Shown: positions 19,934-30,202, numbered from the stretch's first letter. The stretch is 64,000 nt of DNA from Candidatus Latescibacterota bacterium (GCA_965223905.1 CBDCXV010000010.1:416001-480000); one strand, 5' to 3'. Notes: generated by a model from the letters alone, not told the origin. A program made the numbers and translations.

Positions 19934-20000
19934 GCCGCGACAGCTCGCGGCCCCAACGTCGACTTCCCCGAGGCGCGGTACCGGTCAGGGCGATCTTCAC
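19934..20000 (-). repeat. Degenerate duplicate of the aroK 5' end (copy of 19157-19223)
   Basis: gccgcgacagctcgcggccc(c)aacgtcgacttccccgaggcgcggta(g)ccg.tcagggcgatcttca is present at both positions. Confidence 0.9.
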
Positions 20001-20001
20001 T

Positions 20002-20475
20002 TCACACGTCCTGCATGTCCAGCTCGGTCGTGATGTCGATGCTGCCGGCCAGCGACCGCGCCACCGGACAGTAGGCCACGTGCGCCTTCATCACCCGCTC
20101 CGCCTTGTCGCGGTTCCCCGCGTCGATCTTCAGGCGGTACTTCACGTGAATCCGCTTGATGACCAGCACGCCCCCTTCCTTCTCGATCTCGCCGCTCGCC
20201 TCGGACGAGAGCATCCCTTCGCCGGCAGGTACGTCGCGCGCCTCCAGCGCGCCCCCGAAGGTTCCGGTCAGTCACCCGGCCGCGGCAGCCACCACGTAGT
20301 CGAGGGTGGTGGCGTGCGGCTCGACGACGTCGAGGTCGACCCCGTAGTGCGTGGCGACCTCGGAGTGAACGCCGAACATAACCGGCACCGGCTCCACGGG
20401 CAGGGTGGCGCGACGCAGCGGCCCCTTCACCCTCTCTATACCGACTCTCGACGTGTACGCGACTTCTGCGGCCAT
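20002..20475 (-). CDS. OsmC-like protein with in-frame UGA (probable selenocysteine) at 20272-20274
   Basis: MAAEVAY...DYVVAAAAG*LTGTFGGALEAR...HVAYCPVARSL reads in one frame; the UGA is at the first catalytic Cys position; GCGCGC-UGGAG-GCGCGC hairpin downstream. Confidence 0.8.
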
Positions 20476-20639
20476 TCCGTTCGCTCCTGGTGAAGTATGG
20501 TTTTCGTTCCCCGGATCATTCGCCGACCTACAGGGACCGGTTGCGGGTTCCGCCGGCATCCCTGCGGATGCAGGTTTGACTGCCCGCACCCGGGCACCCT
20601 GTTTGTCGGTGCCAACTTTTCACTACGAAGGAACAGAAA

Positions 20640-21554
20640 ATGAACCAGTTCAAGGGGGTCGTTCCCGCTCTCGTCACCCCGATGCGGGCCGACGGCAGCC
20701 TGCACGAGGAGAGCCTGCGGCGGATCCTGGAATTCAACATCGCCGCGGGCGTTCACGGCTTCTGGGTCGCCGGCGGCACCGGGGAGAGCGTGCTGCTCGA
20801 CGACGAGGAGAACCGGCGCATCGCCGGCATCGCCGCCGAGGTCTGCCGCGGCAGGGCCGTACACATCCACCACGTCGGGGCTCTCACCACGCGCCGGGCC
20901 GCGGCTCTGGCAGAGCACGCCGCCGGTGCCGGGGCGGATGCGATCTGCTGCGTGCCTCCGTTCTTCTACGCCCGCAGCGAGGAGGAGATCGTCGAGCACT
21001 ACCGCGCCGTGGCCGCGGCCGCGGACCTGCCCTTCTTCTGCTACAACGTGCCGGGCTTCACCAACGTCGAGATCACCGCCGACCTGATGAAAAAGCTGCA
21101 GGATGCGGTTCCCCAGCTGACCGGCCTCAAGCACTCGGCGCCGAACTTTCACAACATCCGCGTCTTCTCCTCCATGGGGCTGGCGACCTTCACCGGCTCC
21201 TGCCACTGGATGCTCCCGGCCATGACCACTGGAGCCGTCGGCTGCGTCGACGGCCCGCCGAACATCGCCCCCGAATTCTGGGTGGCGATCTGGGAGGCCT
21301 TTCAGACAGGAGACATCGAGGCGGCGCGCCGGGCGCAAACCCGGGCCTCGAATGTGGTCGAGGCTCTGATCACCCTGTTCAGAGGCAGCGGGTTCGTCGC
21401 CATATGCAAGCACGTGCTCGGGCGGCGGCTCGGGATCGAGTGCGGCGATCCGCGGCGGCCGGCCCTGCCCCTGAGCGACGAACAGCGGGGCGCGGTCGAC
21501 CGCGCCCTCGAGCAGCTGGCGCTGGAGCCGGCTTTAACCGTTAGCGAAGCCTGA
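20640..21554 (+). CDS. DHDPS/N-acetylneuraminate lyase family aldolase
   Basis: GVVPALVTP, GGTGE, YNVP, GLKHS (Schiff-base Lys). Confidence 0.88.
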   Translation: MNQFKGVVPALVTPMRADGSLHEESLRRILEFNIAAGVHGFWVAGGTGESVLLDDEENRRIAGIAAEVCRGRAVHIHHVGALTTRRAAALAEHAAGAGADAICCVPPFFYARSEEEIVEHYRAVAAAADLPFFCYNVPGFTNVEITADLMKKLQDAVPQLTGLKHSAPNFHNIRVFSSMGLATFTGSCHWMLPAMTTGAVGCVDGPPNIAPEFWVAIWEAFQTGDIEAARRAQTRASNVVEALITLFRGSGFVAICKHVLGRRLGIECGDPRRPALPLSDEQRGAVDRALEQLALEPALTVSEA

Positions 21555-22429
21555 TGATGATCAACTTTCACGCCTCTTCCTTCACCTGGGAGAGCCGCCC
21601 CCACGAACCGGACCCCTTTTACAAGTATGTGGGCGGATTCGTCGGCGAAGACGGGGACGTGTACCACGTCCGCTTCAACCTTCAGTCCGCCTGCCGGATC
21701 CGCGAGCCGGGTGCCTCCGGCGGACTGGAGCTGTTTCTCGGCTCTCCCTGCCGCAGCGAGTACACCATCGCCGACAGCAACCTCTTTCAGATACCCAGCG
21801 GGGAGTGGCGCATGCCGTTCAGCCGCGAGGGGTCCTACACCATCGCCGCGCGTCCCAGCTGGGAACAGGAGCCGTCGCGAATGAGGCCGCACGCGGAAGC
21901 GCGGGCTGGCCACCGCATCGTCATCCGCTGTTTCGACGGCGGCGAAGAGCTCACCACACGCCAGGAGATCGTCGATGCCTCCCTCGGCGACGACCTGCTG
22001 AACGGAGTCTGCACCTGGCGGGACGAGGCGCGCGGCCTCGAGGTGACCGTCGAGTTCCCGGTCAACCTCATCAACGTCAACACCGACCCGCCGCAGTTCC
22101 AGGTCTGCACCGGGCCGATCCTGCTGCCGGATCTCGGCACCTGGGACGGCGCCGACCTCAGGCGGATCTTCGTCGCCGACGTCGCCTTCACCCGCTTCGA
22201 CCGCGTCGAGTTCATCCTGCGGCGGGAAGTGGAGGCAGCCGATTCGGAGAAGGACTGGCTCGACCGGCCGCGCGGGCGGGACCGCCAGGAGCTGATCGAC
22301 CCTGCCAATGCCCCCGAGGGGTACCCTCCCGGGCGGCCGAAGCCGACGGTGTTCAACGAGGTGTGGGACCTCGAATCGACCAACCTGCTGCTGCGGGTGG
22401 AAAACGGCTATTCGACCCGGAGGTCCTGA
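21554..22429 (+). CDS. Hypothetical protein, translationally coupled to the aldolase
   Basis: TGATG overlap, host-like codon usage, no recognised motif. Confidence 0.75.
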   Translation: MMINFHASSFTWESRPHEPDPFYKYVGGFVGEDGDVYHVRFNLQSACRIREPGASGGLELFLGSPCRSEYTIADSNLFQIPSGEWRMPFSREGSYTIAARPSWEQEPSRMRPHAEARAGHRIVIRCFDGGEELTTRQEIVDASLGDDLLNGVCTWRDEARGLEVTVEFPVNLINVNTDPPQFQVCTGPILLPDLGTWDGADLRRIFVADVAFTRFDRVEFILRREVEAADSEKDWLDRPRGRDRQELIDPANAPEGYPPGRPKPTVFNEVWDLESTNLLLRVENGYSTRRS

Positions 22430-22663
22430 GTGGGGGGGGAGGCAGGCCTGACGGGTCAACGGAAAACGGAGGGCCCTGCTTGCGTTGGGGAATGCAGATG
22501 GGGCAGGGACATGCGAACGATGCGGTTACACCACTCCTTGGCCACCCTGGTTGCAGGATCAACCGCAGTATCTACCGGCTGAAGCCACGACGGGGACCTG
22601 CGGTGCGCTGGCGAATGGATCACCCGCAGAGGATGCAAGGACCGGCCCAGGAACGATGGCCGC

Positions 22664-23593
22664 TTAAACGCTGTTCAGGAACTCAGCCTCCGCGGCCAGC
22701 ACCTGCTCCGGCGACAGCTCCCGCGCGCTCGAGGTCACCCCGCACTTCATGCCGATGAAGCAGGAGTCGTCCGCGGCCTGGAGCGCCTCGGCGCAGGCGC
22801 GGCCGTCCGCGGCGGTGAAGCCGCTGCCCGGGTCGAGGTGGGAGTTGTGGGCGTCGGCGAACCCGTCAGGCGTCGGATTCGCCCCCGACAGGATCACCCC
22901 TCCGAGCGGCACCGGGGAAGCGAGCACCTGCTCGACGACCTCGAGGGGCCGGTCGCCGTTGATCAGCAGCCTGCCCCAGTTGAGGACCAGCGAGACCGGC
23001 CGGCCGGAGTGGTTCTTGTTGGTCGCGAACACCACATCGATCAGCTTATCCGTAGTCAGCGAGGCCTTCTTGGCCCCCGGAAACGGAATGGGGTGCTCAG
23101 GCGGCAGGCTGTCGGTCACCTCGACGGCCAGCTCGCAGTCCGGCAGAGCCTCGGCCGCCGCTTCACAGAGCTGGATCAAGCTCAGGGCGAAGTAAACCGC
23201 GTGCCCGGCCTCGCTGCCGGTCGCCTGCCCGGTGTGGAGCTCGAGGGCGCGGATGCCGATCCCCCGGTACTGAAGGGCCCGGCACTCCTCGATGACGGAC
23301 TTGACGTCGAGCAGGGCTTCGCGGCGCAGCCCTTCGTCGAGGGACGAGAGCCCGTACCCGGGGTTCTCCTGCCCCTTGGTCGCCCACTGGGCCACCATGG
23401 TGACCACCAGGGAGGCGGAGCCCGCGGCCAGCGCCTCGACGAGCTCCGGAGCCAGGGGCACTCCTCCCAGCAGCGGAATCTCGAAGGTGTCGATCTTCCA
23501 CTCGCTGCACGCCCTGGCGTACCACTCCGCCTGCTCGGCAGGGGCCAGCGCCCCCACCGCTGCGTACGCTCCCAGCACTTTGTCGGATATCAC
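22664..23593 (-). CDS. DUF4862-like TIM-barrel protein
   Basis: VLGAYAA start, YGLSSLDEGLR..AL, LNWGR; resembles DUF4862 proteins. Confidence 0.6.
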   Translation of the reverse strand: MISDKVLGAYAAVGALAPAEQAEWYARACSEWKIDTFEIPLLGGVPLAPELVEALAAGSASLVVTMVAQWATKGQENPGYGLSSLDEGLRREALLDVKSVIEECRALQYRGIGIRALELHTGQATGSEAGHAVYFALSLIQLCEAAAEALPDCELAVEVTDSLPPEHPIPFPGAKKASLTTDKLIDVVFATNKNHSGRPVSLVLNWGRLLINGDRPLEVVEQVLASPVPLGGVILSGANPTPDGFADAHNSHLDPGSGFTAADGRACAEALQAADDSCFIGMKCGVTSSARELSPEQVLAAEAEFLNSV

Positions 23594-23596
23594 GGC

Positions 23597-24748
23597 TCAG
23601 GCTCCTTTCGGGTCGGGTAGTCTCCACCTGCTCCAGAGAAACGCGCACTTGTCCCCGGCTGACCGGGGTTTCTGGTAATAGGCGGTCAGTATGCTGCCGT
23701 CGTCCAGCTCGACGCTCGACGGGTACCCGAGGTCGCCGTCGGGACCGTCGTCGCGCAGGATGTAGTCGTACTGCCAGCTCTCCCCCTGGTCGCAGCTGAT
23801 CATGGCGCGCTCGCCGTACGGTTCGCGGCGGCGCCCGTAGGTCCCCACCAGGGCCCCGCTCGAGTGCGCGAGCAGGTGCGGCGGGCTGCCGTGGAAGTTC
23901 ATCGGTTCCGCCCGCGTCCAGGTGACCCCGCCGTCGTTCGATTCGGTGTACATCTGCATGAACCGCTCCAGCCCGAGGTCCGCGGGATCGGCCCCTTCCC
24001 TGGCGGACTCGAGGCGTATCAGCCCCACCAGCTTGCCGCCGGGCAGCTCGGCGACGTGGGGTTCGTGGTAGTTCCCCTCCTCGGTCCCGGCGAACGGGGG
24101 CACCGTTCCGAGCGGCTCCCAGGTGCGGCCGAAGTCCCTGCTCCTCATGGCGGCGATGGCGCCGATGCCGGCGGAGAAGCCGGCCATGTCCACTTCGAAC
24201 AGCTTGCCGAAATACAGCAGCTCCCCGTTGGCGAGCAGGATCGGCCCGTGCGGCGCCGTCTGGGCCACCCGGATCGCGGAGGACCAGGTGTCGCCGCCAT
24301 CCTCGCTCGTCCGGCACCAGGCCCCGACCCATTCCCCGGCATCCGGGGCCCCGGCCCGCAGCAACCCCTGCTCCCACAGGCGCCGCTGCTCCTCGTCGAG
24401 ATCCCCGGAGCGGCGCTCGAGCTGCCTGCGGTTTTCGGTGGTGAACCAGGTCAGCATCAGGCGCCGGCCGCCGCAGCTGAGGATGCCGGTGTCGCGGTCG
24501 TCGAGCGGCGAGTCGTTGACGACGCGCGGGCTCGACCAGGTGCGGCCTTCGTCCGCGCTGGTGAAGAAGACGCTGCGCCCGAACGGGCAGACGTGCTCGT
24601 TGCGCAGGCCGGAAGCCGCGGCGACGATCGTACCGTCCGGCATGCGCGCGATCGTCGGCCAGCCGAAGTAGCCGTAAAAGTCGTCGGGGTAGCTGGCTAT
24701 GACGCCGTGCTCGGCTGCGATCCTGCGGTTTGTCCGGGTGAGCTCCAC
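23597..24748 (-). CDS. Sialidase/BNR-repeat family protein
   Basis: GTG start after GGAGG; Asp-boxes SADEGRTW, SEDGGDTW, SRDFGRTW, SNDGGVTW, SCDQGESW; DLGYPS. Confidence 0.88.
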   Translation of the reverse strand: MELTRTNRRIAAEHGVIASYPDDFYGYFGWPTIARMPDGTIVAAASGLRNEHVCPFGRSVFFTSADEGRTWSSPRVVNDSPLDDRDTGILSCGGRRLMLTWFTTENRRQLERRSGDLDEEQRRLWEQGLLRAGAPDAGEWVGAWCRTSEDGGDTWSSAIRVAQTAPHGPILLANGELLYFGKLFEVDMAGFSAGIGAIAAMRSRDFGRTWEPLGTVPPFAGTEEGNYHEPHVAELPGGKLVGLIRLESAREGADPADLGLERFMQMYTESNDGGVTWTRAEPMNFHGSPPHLLAHSSGALVGTYGRRREPYGERAMISCDQGESWQYDYILRDDGPDGDLGYPSSVELDDGSILTAYYQKPRSAGDKCAFLWSRWRLPDPKGA

Positions 24749-24922
24749 GCCTTGTTTCCCCTCCTGGGCGGGGATACCTTCTGCCGCTCCTGATCCATTG
24801 CGCGCGAGGTGCGCGAGCGGGCGGCATAACATCGCCGCTCCCCCGGCGCGACGCAAAGCACAGCGGCGCCTCAGTCCGCGGCGCGAAAAACCCGCCAATT
24901 CCCCGAGGAATCGAGAACCCGA

Positions 24923-25828
24923 ATGAGCCGAGCCAGCGCAGCATACGCCCGCATGAAGGGGCCGGTAGTGCCCCTCAACATCTGCTTCGACGAGGACGGC
25001 ACCATCGACTACGGGGCGGTCTCCGCCTACGTCTCCTGGCTCGCCGGACAGCAGGTCCCGATCCTGCTGCTGACCTACGGCAGCAGCGAGTTCGCCGCCC
25101 TCAGCGACGACGAGGTGTACCGCCTGACCGAGGTCGTCGGGGCCGGCAACGACGGCCGCTCGCTCTTCATCGCCTCGACGAAGTACTGGAAGCCGTCCGA
25201 AACCCGGAAGTTCCTCGCCCACGCCGACGCCGCCGGCGCCGACGCCGTCAAGGTGCAGGTCGACGGCTACAACCAGACCGCTGCGGCCCTGCCCCGCTAC
25301 TTCGACCAGATCGAGGGGGTCAACGACATGCCGCTGCTGCTGTGGACGATCACGCAGCCGATGCTTCCGGTCGAGACCGCGGTCGAGCTCTCGCAGCGTC
25401 CGGACATCATCGGCATGAAGAACGACGCCGACATGTTCGCCGCCTACTACGACTACACGCGCGGCTCCGCGGGCAACCAGTTCGGGGTCATCAGCGGCGG
25501 CCAGATGCGCAACTTCGCCTTCGGCTACAAGTTCGGCTCCCCCGCCTACCTCTGTCCGATCGCCCCCTTCCGGCCGGCGGTGGCCCTGCAGTTCTACCAG
25601 CGCCTGGCCGACGGCGACGACGACGGGGCTTGGGAGATCGTGTTCAGGTACGAGGAGCCGTTCCTCAACTGGGCGGTTAGCAAAAACTGGCTCGGGGTGA
25701 TGAAATCCTCCATTCAGCTGCTCGGCTTCTACCCCAACAACCTCCCGGGACCGCCGCAGCCGCCGCCGGACCCGGGGCTGCTCGACGAGGTCCGCGCCCG
25801 CATCGACGAGCTCTTCCCGCCGGCATAG
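24923..25828 (+). CDS. DHDPS-family protein (divergent)
   Basis: GPVVPL, DGTIDY, YGSSEF, IIGMKND. Confidence 0.8.
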   Translation: MSRASAAYARMKGPVVPLNICFDEDGTIDYGAVSAYVSWLAGQQVPILLLTYGSSEFAALSDDEVYRLTEVVGAGNDGRSLFIASTKYWKPSETRKFLAHADAAGADAVKVQVDGYNQTAAALPRYFDQIEGVNDMPLLLWTITQPMLPVETAVELSQRPDIIGMKNDADMFAAYYDYTRGSAGNQFGVISGGQMRNFAFGYKFGSPAYLCPIAPFRPAVALQFYQRLADGDDDGAWEIVFRYEEPFLNWAVSKNWLGVMKSSIQLLGFYPNNLPGPPQPPPDPGLLDEVRARIDELFPPA

Positions 25829-25836
25829 GCCCACCG

Positions 25837-27441
25837 ATGGAAAAACCCGGGTTCCCGCGCATCATCTTCACCGACGACGGCTGGATCTTCAGCTCGGACC
25901 CGCCGGTCTCCGAGGCCGACCTGCGCGACAAGGTGGTCGCCGGGTACGCCGGCACCGGCGGCGCCCTCTGGTGGTCGACGGGCGATCACGAGGTCTACCA
26001 GTTCGAAACCGGGATCGGCGAGATCTTCGGAGCCGAACAGCCCTCCCTGGAAAACCTCGAGGAGCTGTATTCCTTCGTGCACTCGGCCGGCGGGGACGAC
26101 TCCTACCCGAAGGTAGCCGCCAACGTGCGCTCCCTGATCGAGGAGTGCGGGGGCCCGCTGACGGCGATGCTGAGGCTCTGCCGCGAGAGCGGAATCCCGT
26201 TCTTTCCGCGCGTGCGCATGAACAGCCACTACGTCATCGACCCCCGCCACCCGGGGTACGGCAACTACCGTCGCCGCCACCCCGACCGCCTGATCGCCCG
26301 CCCCGGAGAGCGCTTCGCCGAGGGCACCATCGAGCACGGCATCGGCACCGGCCTCGACTACGCCCACCCCGGCAACCGCGCCTTCGTCACCGGCATCATC
26401 TGCGAGTGCTTCGAGCGCTTCGACGTCGACGGCGTCGAGCTCGACTTCATGCGCCACCCGGCCTTCTTCCGCGTCGAGGAGGGGTACGCCAACCGCCACT
26501 TCATGACCGGCCTGGTGCGGGAGGTGCGCGCCCGCATGCGCGCGGTCTCGGACGATCAAGGCCGCCCCATGCTGCTCGGGGTCCGGGTGCCGCCGGGGAT
26601 CGCCGACTGCAACCGCGTCGGCCTCGACGTCGTCCGCTGGCTCGAGGAGGGCCTCGTCGACATCGTCGTCGTCGGGGGCGGTTTCATCTCCTTCGAGACC
26701 CCGGTGGAGGAGTTCGTCGCCGCGGCGGCCGGAACCGGCGCCCTGGTGTACGGCTGCATCGAGGCGACCCGGGACAGCGACGACCGCAAGCTGCGCGCCC
26801 TGGCCTGCCGCTGGCTCAACGACGGCGCCGACGGGGTCTATCTCTACAACTTCTACACCCGCTCGCCCGGGTGGAACCGCCGCATCGCCTCCGAGCTGAC
26901 CGACCTTGAAAAACTCCGGCGGCTCGACAAGCGCTACGAGCTCGAAACCACCGGCTCCGCGTACGGCTCCTCCGGGAACAGCAGCGCTTTCTCGCTGGCG
27001 CAGTCGCAGACACAGTTGCCGGTGCGGCTGCAGCCGAACTACCCCGGCGAGGGACCGGTCCTGCGGCTGGCCGTCGCCGACGATCTCCAAGCGGCGCGGG
27101 AGGCCGGCGAGCTCGGCCCCTGCCGGCTGACCCTGCGTTTCGACGCCCTGGAGGAGAGCGACTCCCTGTCCGTCCGCCTCAACGGTGCCGAGCTCAACTG
27201 GAGCGGGGCCGAGGTCTCCTTCGACGGCTGGGAAGAGCTGACCGCGGCATCGCTGTTCTGGCTGAGCTACCCCGCCGAGCCGGTGGAGCAGCACGTCGAT
27301 GGGGCGAGCGCCTCGTTCGCGGCAACCACCCCGCCGCTGCGGCAGGGAGAGAACGTGATCGAGGTCCGCCTGCTCTCGGACTCCCGCGCCCCCGACCGCC
27401 ACGTCTCCCTGATCGGCGTCGAGATCGATCTCACCTTCTGA
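25837..27441 (+). CDS. Uncharacterised glycoside hydrolase-like TIM-barrel protein
   Basis: RIIFTDDG, RVRMN.H, LDYAHP, DVDGVELDFMR, GADGVYLYNF, plus a C-terminal beta domain. Confidence 0.65.
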   Translation: MEKPGFPRIIFTDDGWIFSSDPPVSEADLRDKVVAGYAGTGGALWWSTGDHEVYQFETGIGEIFGAEQPSLENLEELYSFVHSAGGDDSYPKVAANVRSLIEECGGPLTAMLRLCRESGIPFFPRVRMNSHYVIDPRHPGYGNYRRRHPDRLIARPGERFAEGTIEHGIGTGLDYAHPGNRAFVTGIICECFERFDVDGVELDFMRHPAFFRVEEGYANRHFMTGLVREVRARMRAVSDDQGRPMLLGVRVPPGIADCNRVGLDVVRWLEEGLVDIVVVGGGFISFETPVEEFVAAAAGTGALVYGCIEATRDSDDRKLRALACRWLNDGADGVYLYNFYTRSPGWNRRIASELTDLEKLRRLDKRYELETTGSAYGSSGNSSAFSLAQSQTQLPVRLQPNYPGEGPVLRLAVADDLQAAREAGELGPCRLTLRFDALEESDSLSVRLNGAELNWSGAEVSFDGWEELTAASLFWLSYPAEPVEQHVDGASASFAATTPPLRQGENVIEVRLLSDSRAPDRHVSLIGVEIDLTF

Positions 27442-27460
27442 AGCGGCGGCAGGAAGGACA

Positions 27461-28429
27461 ATGCCCAACCCGCTTCCCCCCGGAATCCGCCCCGCGTTTC
27501 CGCAGCACACCCCGGCCGGCCGCATCCACGCCAGGTTCCTGGAGCTTCTCGGACTGGACCGCGTGCCCGAGGCGGTCGATTCGACCGTGGAAGCCGTAGC
27601 GGACGACGGGGTTCACCGGGAACTGTGTGTTTCGTATGTGAACTCGCTCGGCGAAACCCTGACAGGTACCGCGCTCGTGCCGCTCGATCCATCCGGGGGC
27701 CGGATACCCGGGGTCGTCTGCATGCACGGAACCGGCGGCACCACGGCGAACGTGCTCGCCGGGAAGCTCGAGATCGACCCGGACAGCGGGCAGCTGCGGG
27801 GATGGGGCCGCGAGCTGGCCAACCGCGGGTACGCGACCATTGCGGTTTCCCTCAAAGGGTCCGTGGTGCGCCGCGGCACCGCCGAAGCCTGGGAAGAGGA
27901 GGCGAAGCTGCTCGAGGCGTACGGCCGCCCCCATGCCGGAATCGTCGCCGAGGAAGCCCTGCTGGCGGCGCGCGCCCTGGCCGGCCTCTCCGAAGTCGAC
28001 GGAGCACGCATCGGCCTGACCGGCATGTCCCTGGGCGGCATGGCCACCTGGACGGCCATGGCCTGCGATCCCATCATCCGCGCCGGCGCCGCGGTCTGCG
28101 GCGTGCTGGGCAGCCTGTCCCGCCTGATCCACGAGGGCAACATCCAGCGCCACAGCTCCCTGGTCTTCGTGCCCCACCTGCTGCGCTATTTCGACCACGG
28201 CGACATCGTCGCCGGCTGCATCGCCCCCCGCCCCTTCATGGCCGTCGCCCCCCTCGAGGACGTCGACATGCCGCGGGCCGCGGTCGACGATTTCGTCCGC
28301 ACGGTCGCGCCGGCATACTCCGAGGCAGGGGACCGGTTCCTCGTGCACCGGCCTCCGGGCGGTCACTTCTTCACGTTGGAGGCGTTCGAACAGGTGGTCG
28401 CCTGGTTCGACCGCTTCCTCCGGCAGTGA
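27461..28429 (+). CDS. Alpha/beta hydrolase (dienelactone hydrolase/acetylesterase-like)
   Basis: VVCMHG, G-M-S-L-G-G nucleophile elbow, IAPRP, GGHFF. Confidence 0.85.
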   Translation: MPNPLPPGIRPAFPQHTPAGRIHARFLELLGLDRVPEAVDSTVEAVADDGVHRELCVSYVNSLGETLTGTALVPLDPSGGRIPGVVCMHGTGGTTANVLAGKLEIDPDSGQLRGWGRELANRGYATIAVSLKGSVVRRGTAEAWEEEAKLLEAYGRPHAGIVAEEALLAARALAGLSEVDGARIGLTGMSLGGMATWTAMACDPIIRAGAAVCGVLGSLSRLIHEGNIQRHSSLVFVPHLLRYFDHGDIVAGCIAPRPFMAVAPLEDVDMPRAAVDDFVRTVAPAYSEAGDRFLVHRPPGGHFFTLEAFEQVVAWFDRFLRQ

Positions 28430-28509
28430 TTTCCAGGGCCCCCCGCAACAGGATGATGCCGGTAGAAACCGAATCACTGATTTCGAAGCGCTGAATCGAG
28501 CGGTGCAAA

Positions 28510-28881
28510 ATGCCCATTGTTGACATCGAGGTCGTGACGAACGCCTCGGAACCTGTGGCCAGTAAGGAGCAGCTCCAGTCTCTCGTCGACGAGCTGGGGG
28601 ACCTGTTCGGCAGCGAGCCGGGGGGCACGTGGATAAGACTGCGCTCGATCGACCGGGGCGACTACGCCGAAAACAAGACCCTGATCGACGGGAGCGTGCG
28701 TCCAACCTTCGTCAGCGTCTTGCGCTCCGAATTGCCCGATGCGGTCGAGCTGCGCCGGGAGATGGCCGGCATCGCGGAAGCCGTCGCTCGGATCCTCGAC
28801 AGGCCTCTAGAAAACGTACACGTGCTGTATTCCCCTGATGCCAAAGGGCGGATCGGGTTTGGCGGCGAATTGAAGGAGTAG
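28510..28881 (+). CDS. Tautomerase-superfamily-like protein
   Basis: N-terminal Pro after Met (MPIVDIEV); LDRPLENVHVLY...RIGFGG. Confidence 0.6.
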   Translation: MPIVDIEVVTNASEPVASKEQLQSLVDELGDLFGSEPGGTWIRLRSIDRGDYAENKTLIDGSVRPTFVSVLRSELPDAVELRREMAGIAEAVARILDRPLENVHVLYSPDAKGRIGFGGELKE

Positions 28882-28943
28882 CCGGGACCCGGGCCGCTTC
28901 CCGGTACAACGCAGATGGTCCCGCTACGGAGGAGATTGATGGA

Positions 28944-29987
28944 ATGAGGATTACGCATCTGGAACGCACCGTAGTGTGTGTGCCCTTTCTACCCGGCATC
29001 CTGCCGCCCCCCAAGTACGAGGAGTTCACCGAGTCCTATCCCGCCCCACTCGGGGAAAGAAGACAGGATCTGCTCCGCATTCACACGGACGAGGGGATCA
29101 CCGGCCTCGGCATGAGCGGGCCCTACTTCGGCGACCACGAGCATCCGGTCCCCGATCTGATCGGCAGGAACCCCCTCGACTTCGAGCTGCGCAGCCTGAG
29201 GGGAGGTGGTTACGACATCGCCCTGCTGGATCTGATCGGCAAGGCGATCGGCTGGCCCCTGTACCGCATCTTCGGAGGGAAGGCCCAGGGCCGCGTGCTC
29301 GTCGATTACTGGATCGCGCGCATGGGCCCGGAAGCGTCCGCCGCCGCGGCCAGACGGGCGGCGGACTCGGGGTTCCACGGCATCAAGGTGAAGTGCACCC
29401 TGGACGACGGGAACGTGGCGGACCGGGTGCACGCCATTCACCAGGCTGCCCCCTCGTTGCGTATTGTCCTCGATCCCGGCCACCGATTTCACACCGTCGA
29501 ACAGGCGTTGGCGCTGGCACGGGAAATAGAAGCGTACGATGTCGTCTTCGAAGACCCGATCCCGAAAGACGACGCGGAAGACTACCGGCGGCTCAAGGAA
29601 GGGACATCGATTCTGATCGCTCCTCATCTTCAGAACCCGCGTCAGGTTATCGAGATGGTATACCGGGACGCCGTGGACGGAATCAACGTCGCACCTTCGG
29701 ACTGGGGCTTCCTGGACATGGCGCGAATCGCCGATGCCGCCGGCATCCCGGTGTGGCAGGCCTCCAATGTCGACCTGGGGATCTTCGACGCGTTCCGTCT
29801 CCACGCTTCCGCCGCCGCTCCGAACTGCACCCTGGCCAGCGACCTGTGCGGCAACTTCGTCCACGAGCACAGCCTGCTCGCGGAGCCCCTGGTCAGGGAT
29901 GGATATGCGGAGGTACCGGACAAGCCGGGACTGGGGGTCGAACTGGACGAGGACGCGGTGCAGCGGTATCCGGTGGGGGCACCTTAG
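28944..29987 (+). CDS. Mandelate racemase/muconate lactonizing enzyme family
   Basis: IHTDEGITG, DIALLDLIGK, KVK, FEDP, PGLGVELDE. Confidence 0.88.
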   Translation: MRITHLERTVVCVPFLPGILPPPKYEEFTESYPAPLGERRQDLLRIHTDEGITGLGMSGPYFGDHEHPVPDLIGRNPLDFELRSLRGGGYDIALLDLIGKAIGWPLYRIFGGKAQGRVLVDYWIARMGPEASAAAARRAADSGFHGIKVKCTLDDGNVADRVHAIHQAAPSLRIVLDPGHRFHTVEQALALAREIEAYDVVFEDPIPKDDAEDYRRLKEGTSILIAPHLQNPRQVIEMVYRDAVDGINVAPSDWGFLDMARIADAAGIPVWQASNVDLGIFDAFRLHASAAAPNCTLASDLCGNFVHEHSLLAEPLVRDGYAEVPDKPGLGVELDEDAVQRYPVGAP

Positions 29988-30202
29988 GGCCCGGTTTCGC
30001 GGACCCGCCGGGGTTGGTCCGATGGCCCTCCCCACACTCCAGTGGGTAGAGCAATGGAGAGAGCGGCCTGAGGGCAAAGGCTTGTGCAGGGAAAAAGCAC
30101 TGCACTACTCTTGGATCACGGTTCGAATAGGCCCTCGAAGGCTCCGAGGACCAGTTGTTGCTCCTTCGCTCCACGCCATGGCGAGTCAAAGGATCAAACA
30201 GA

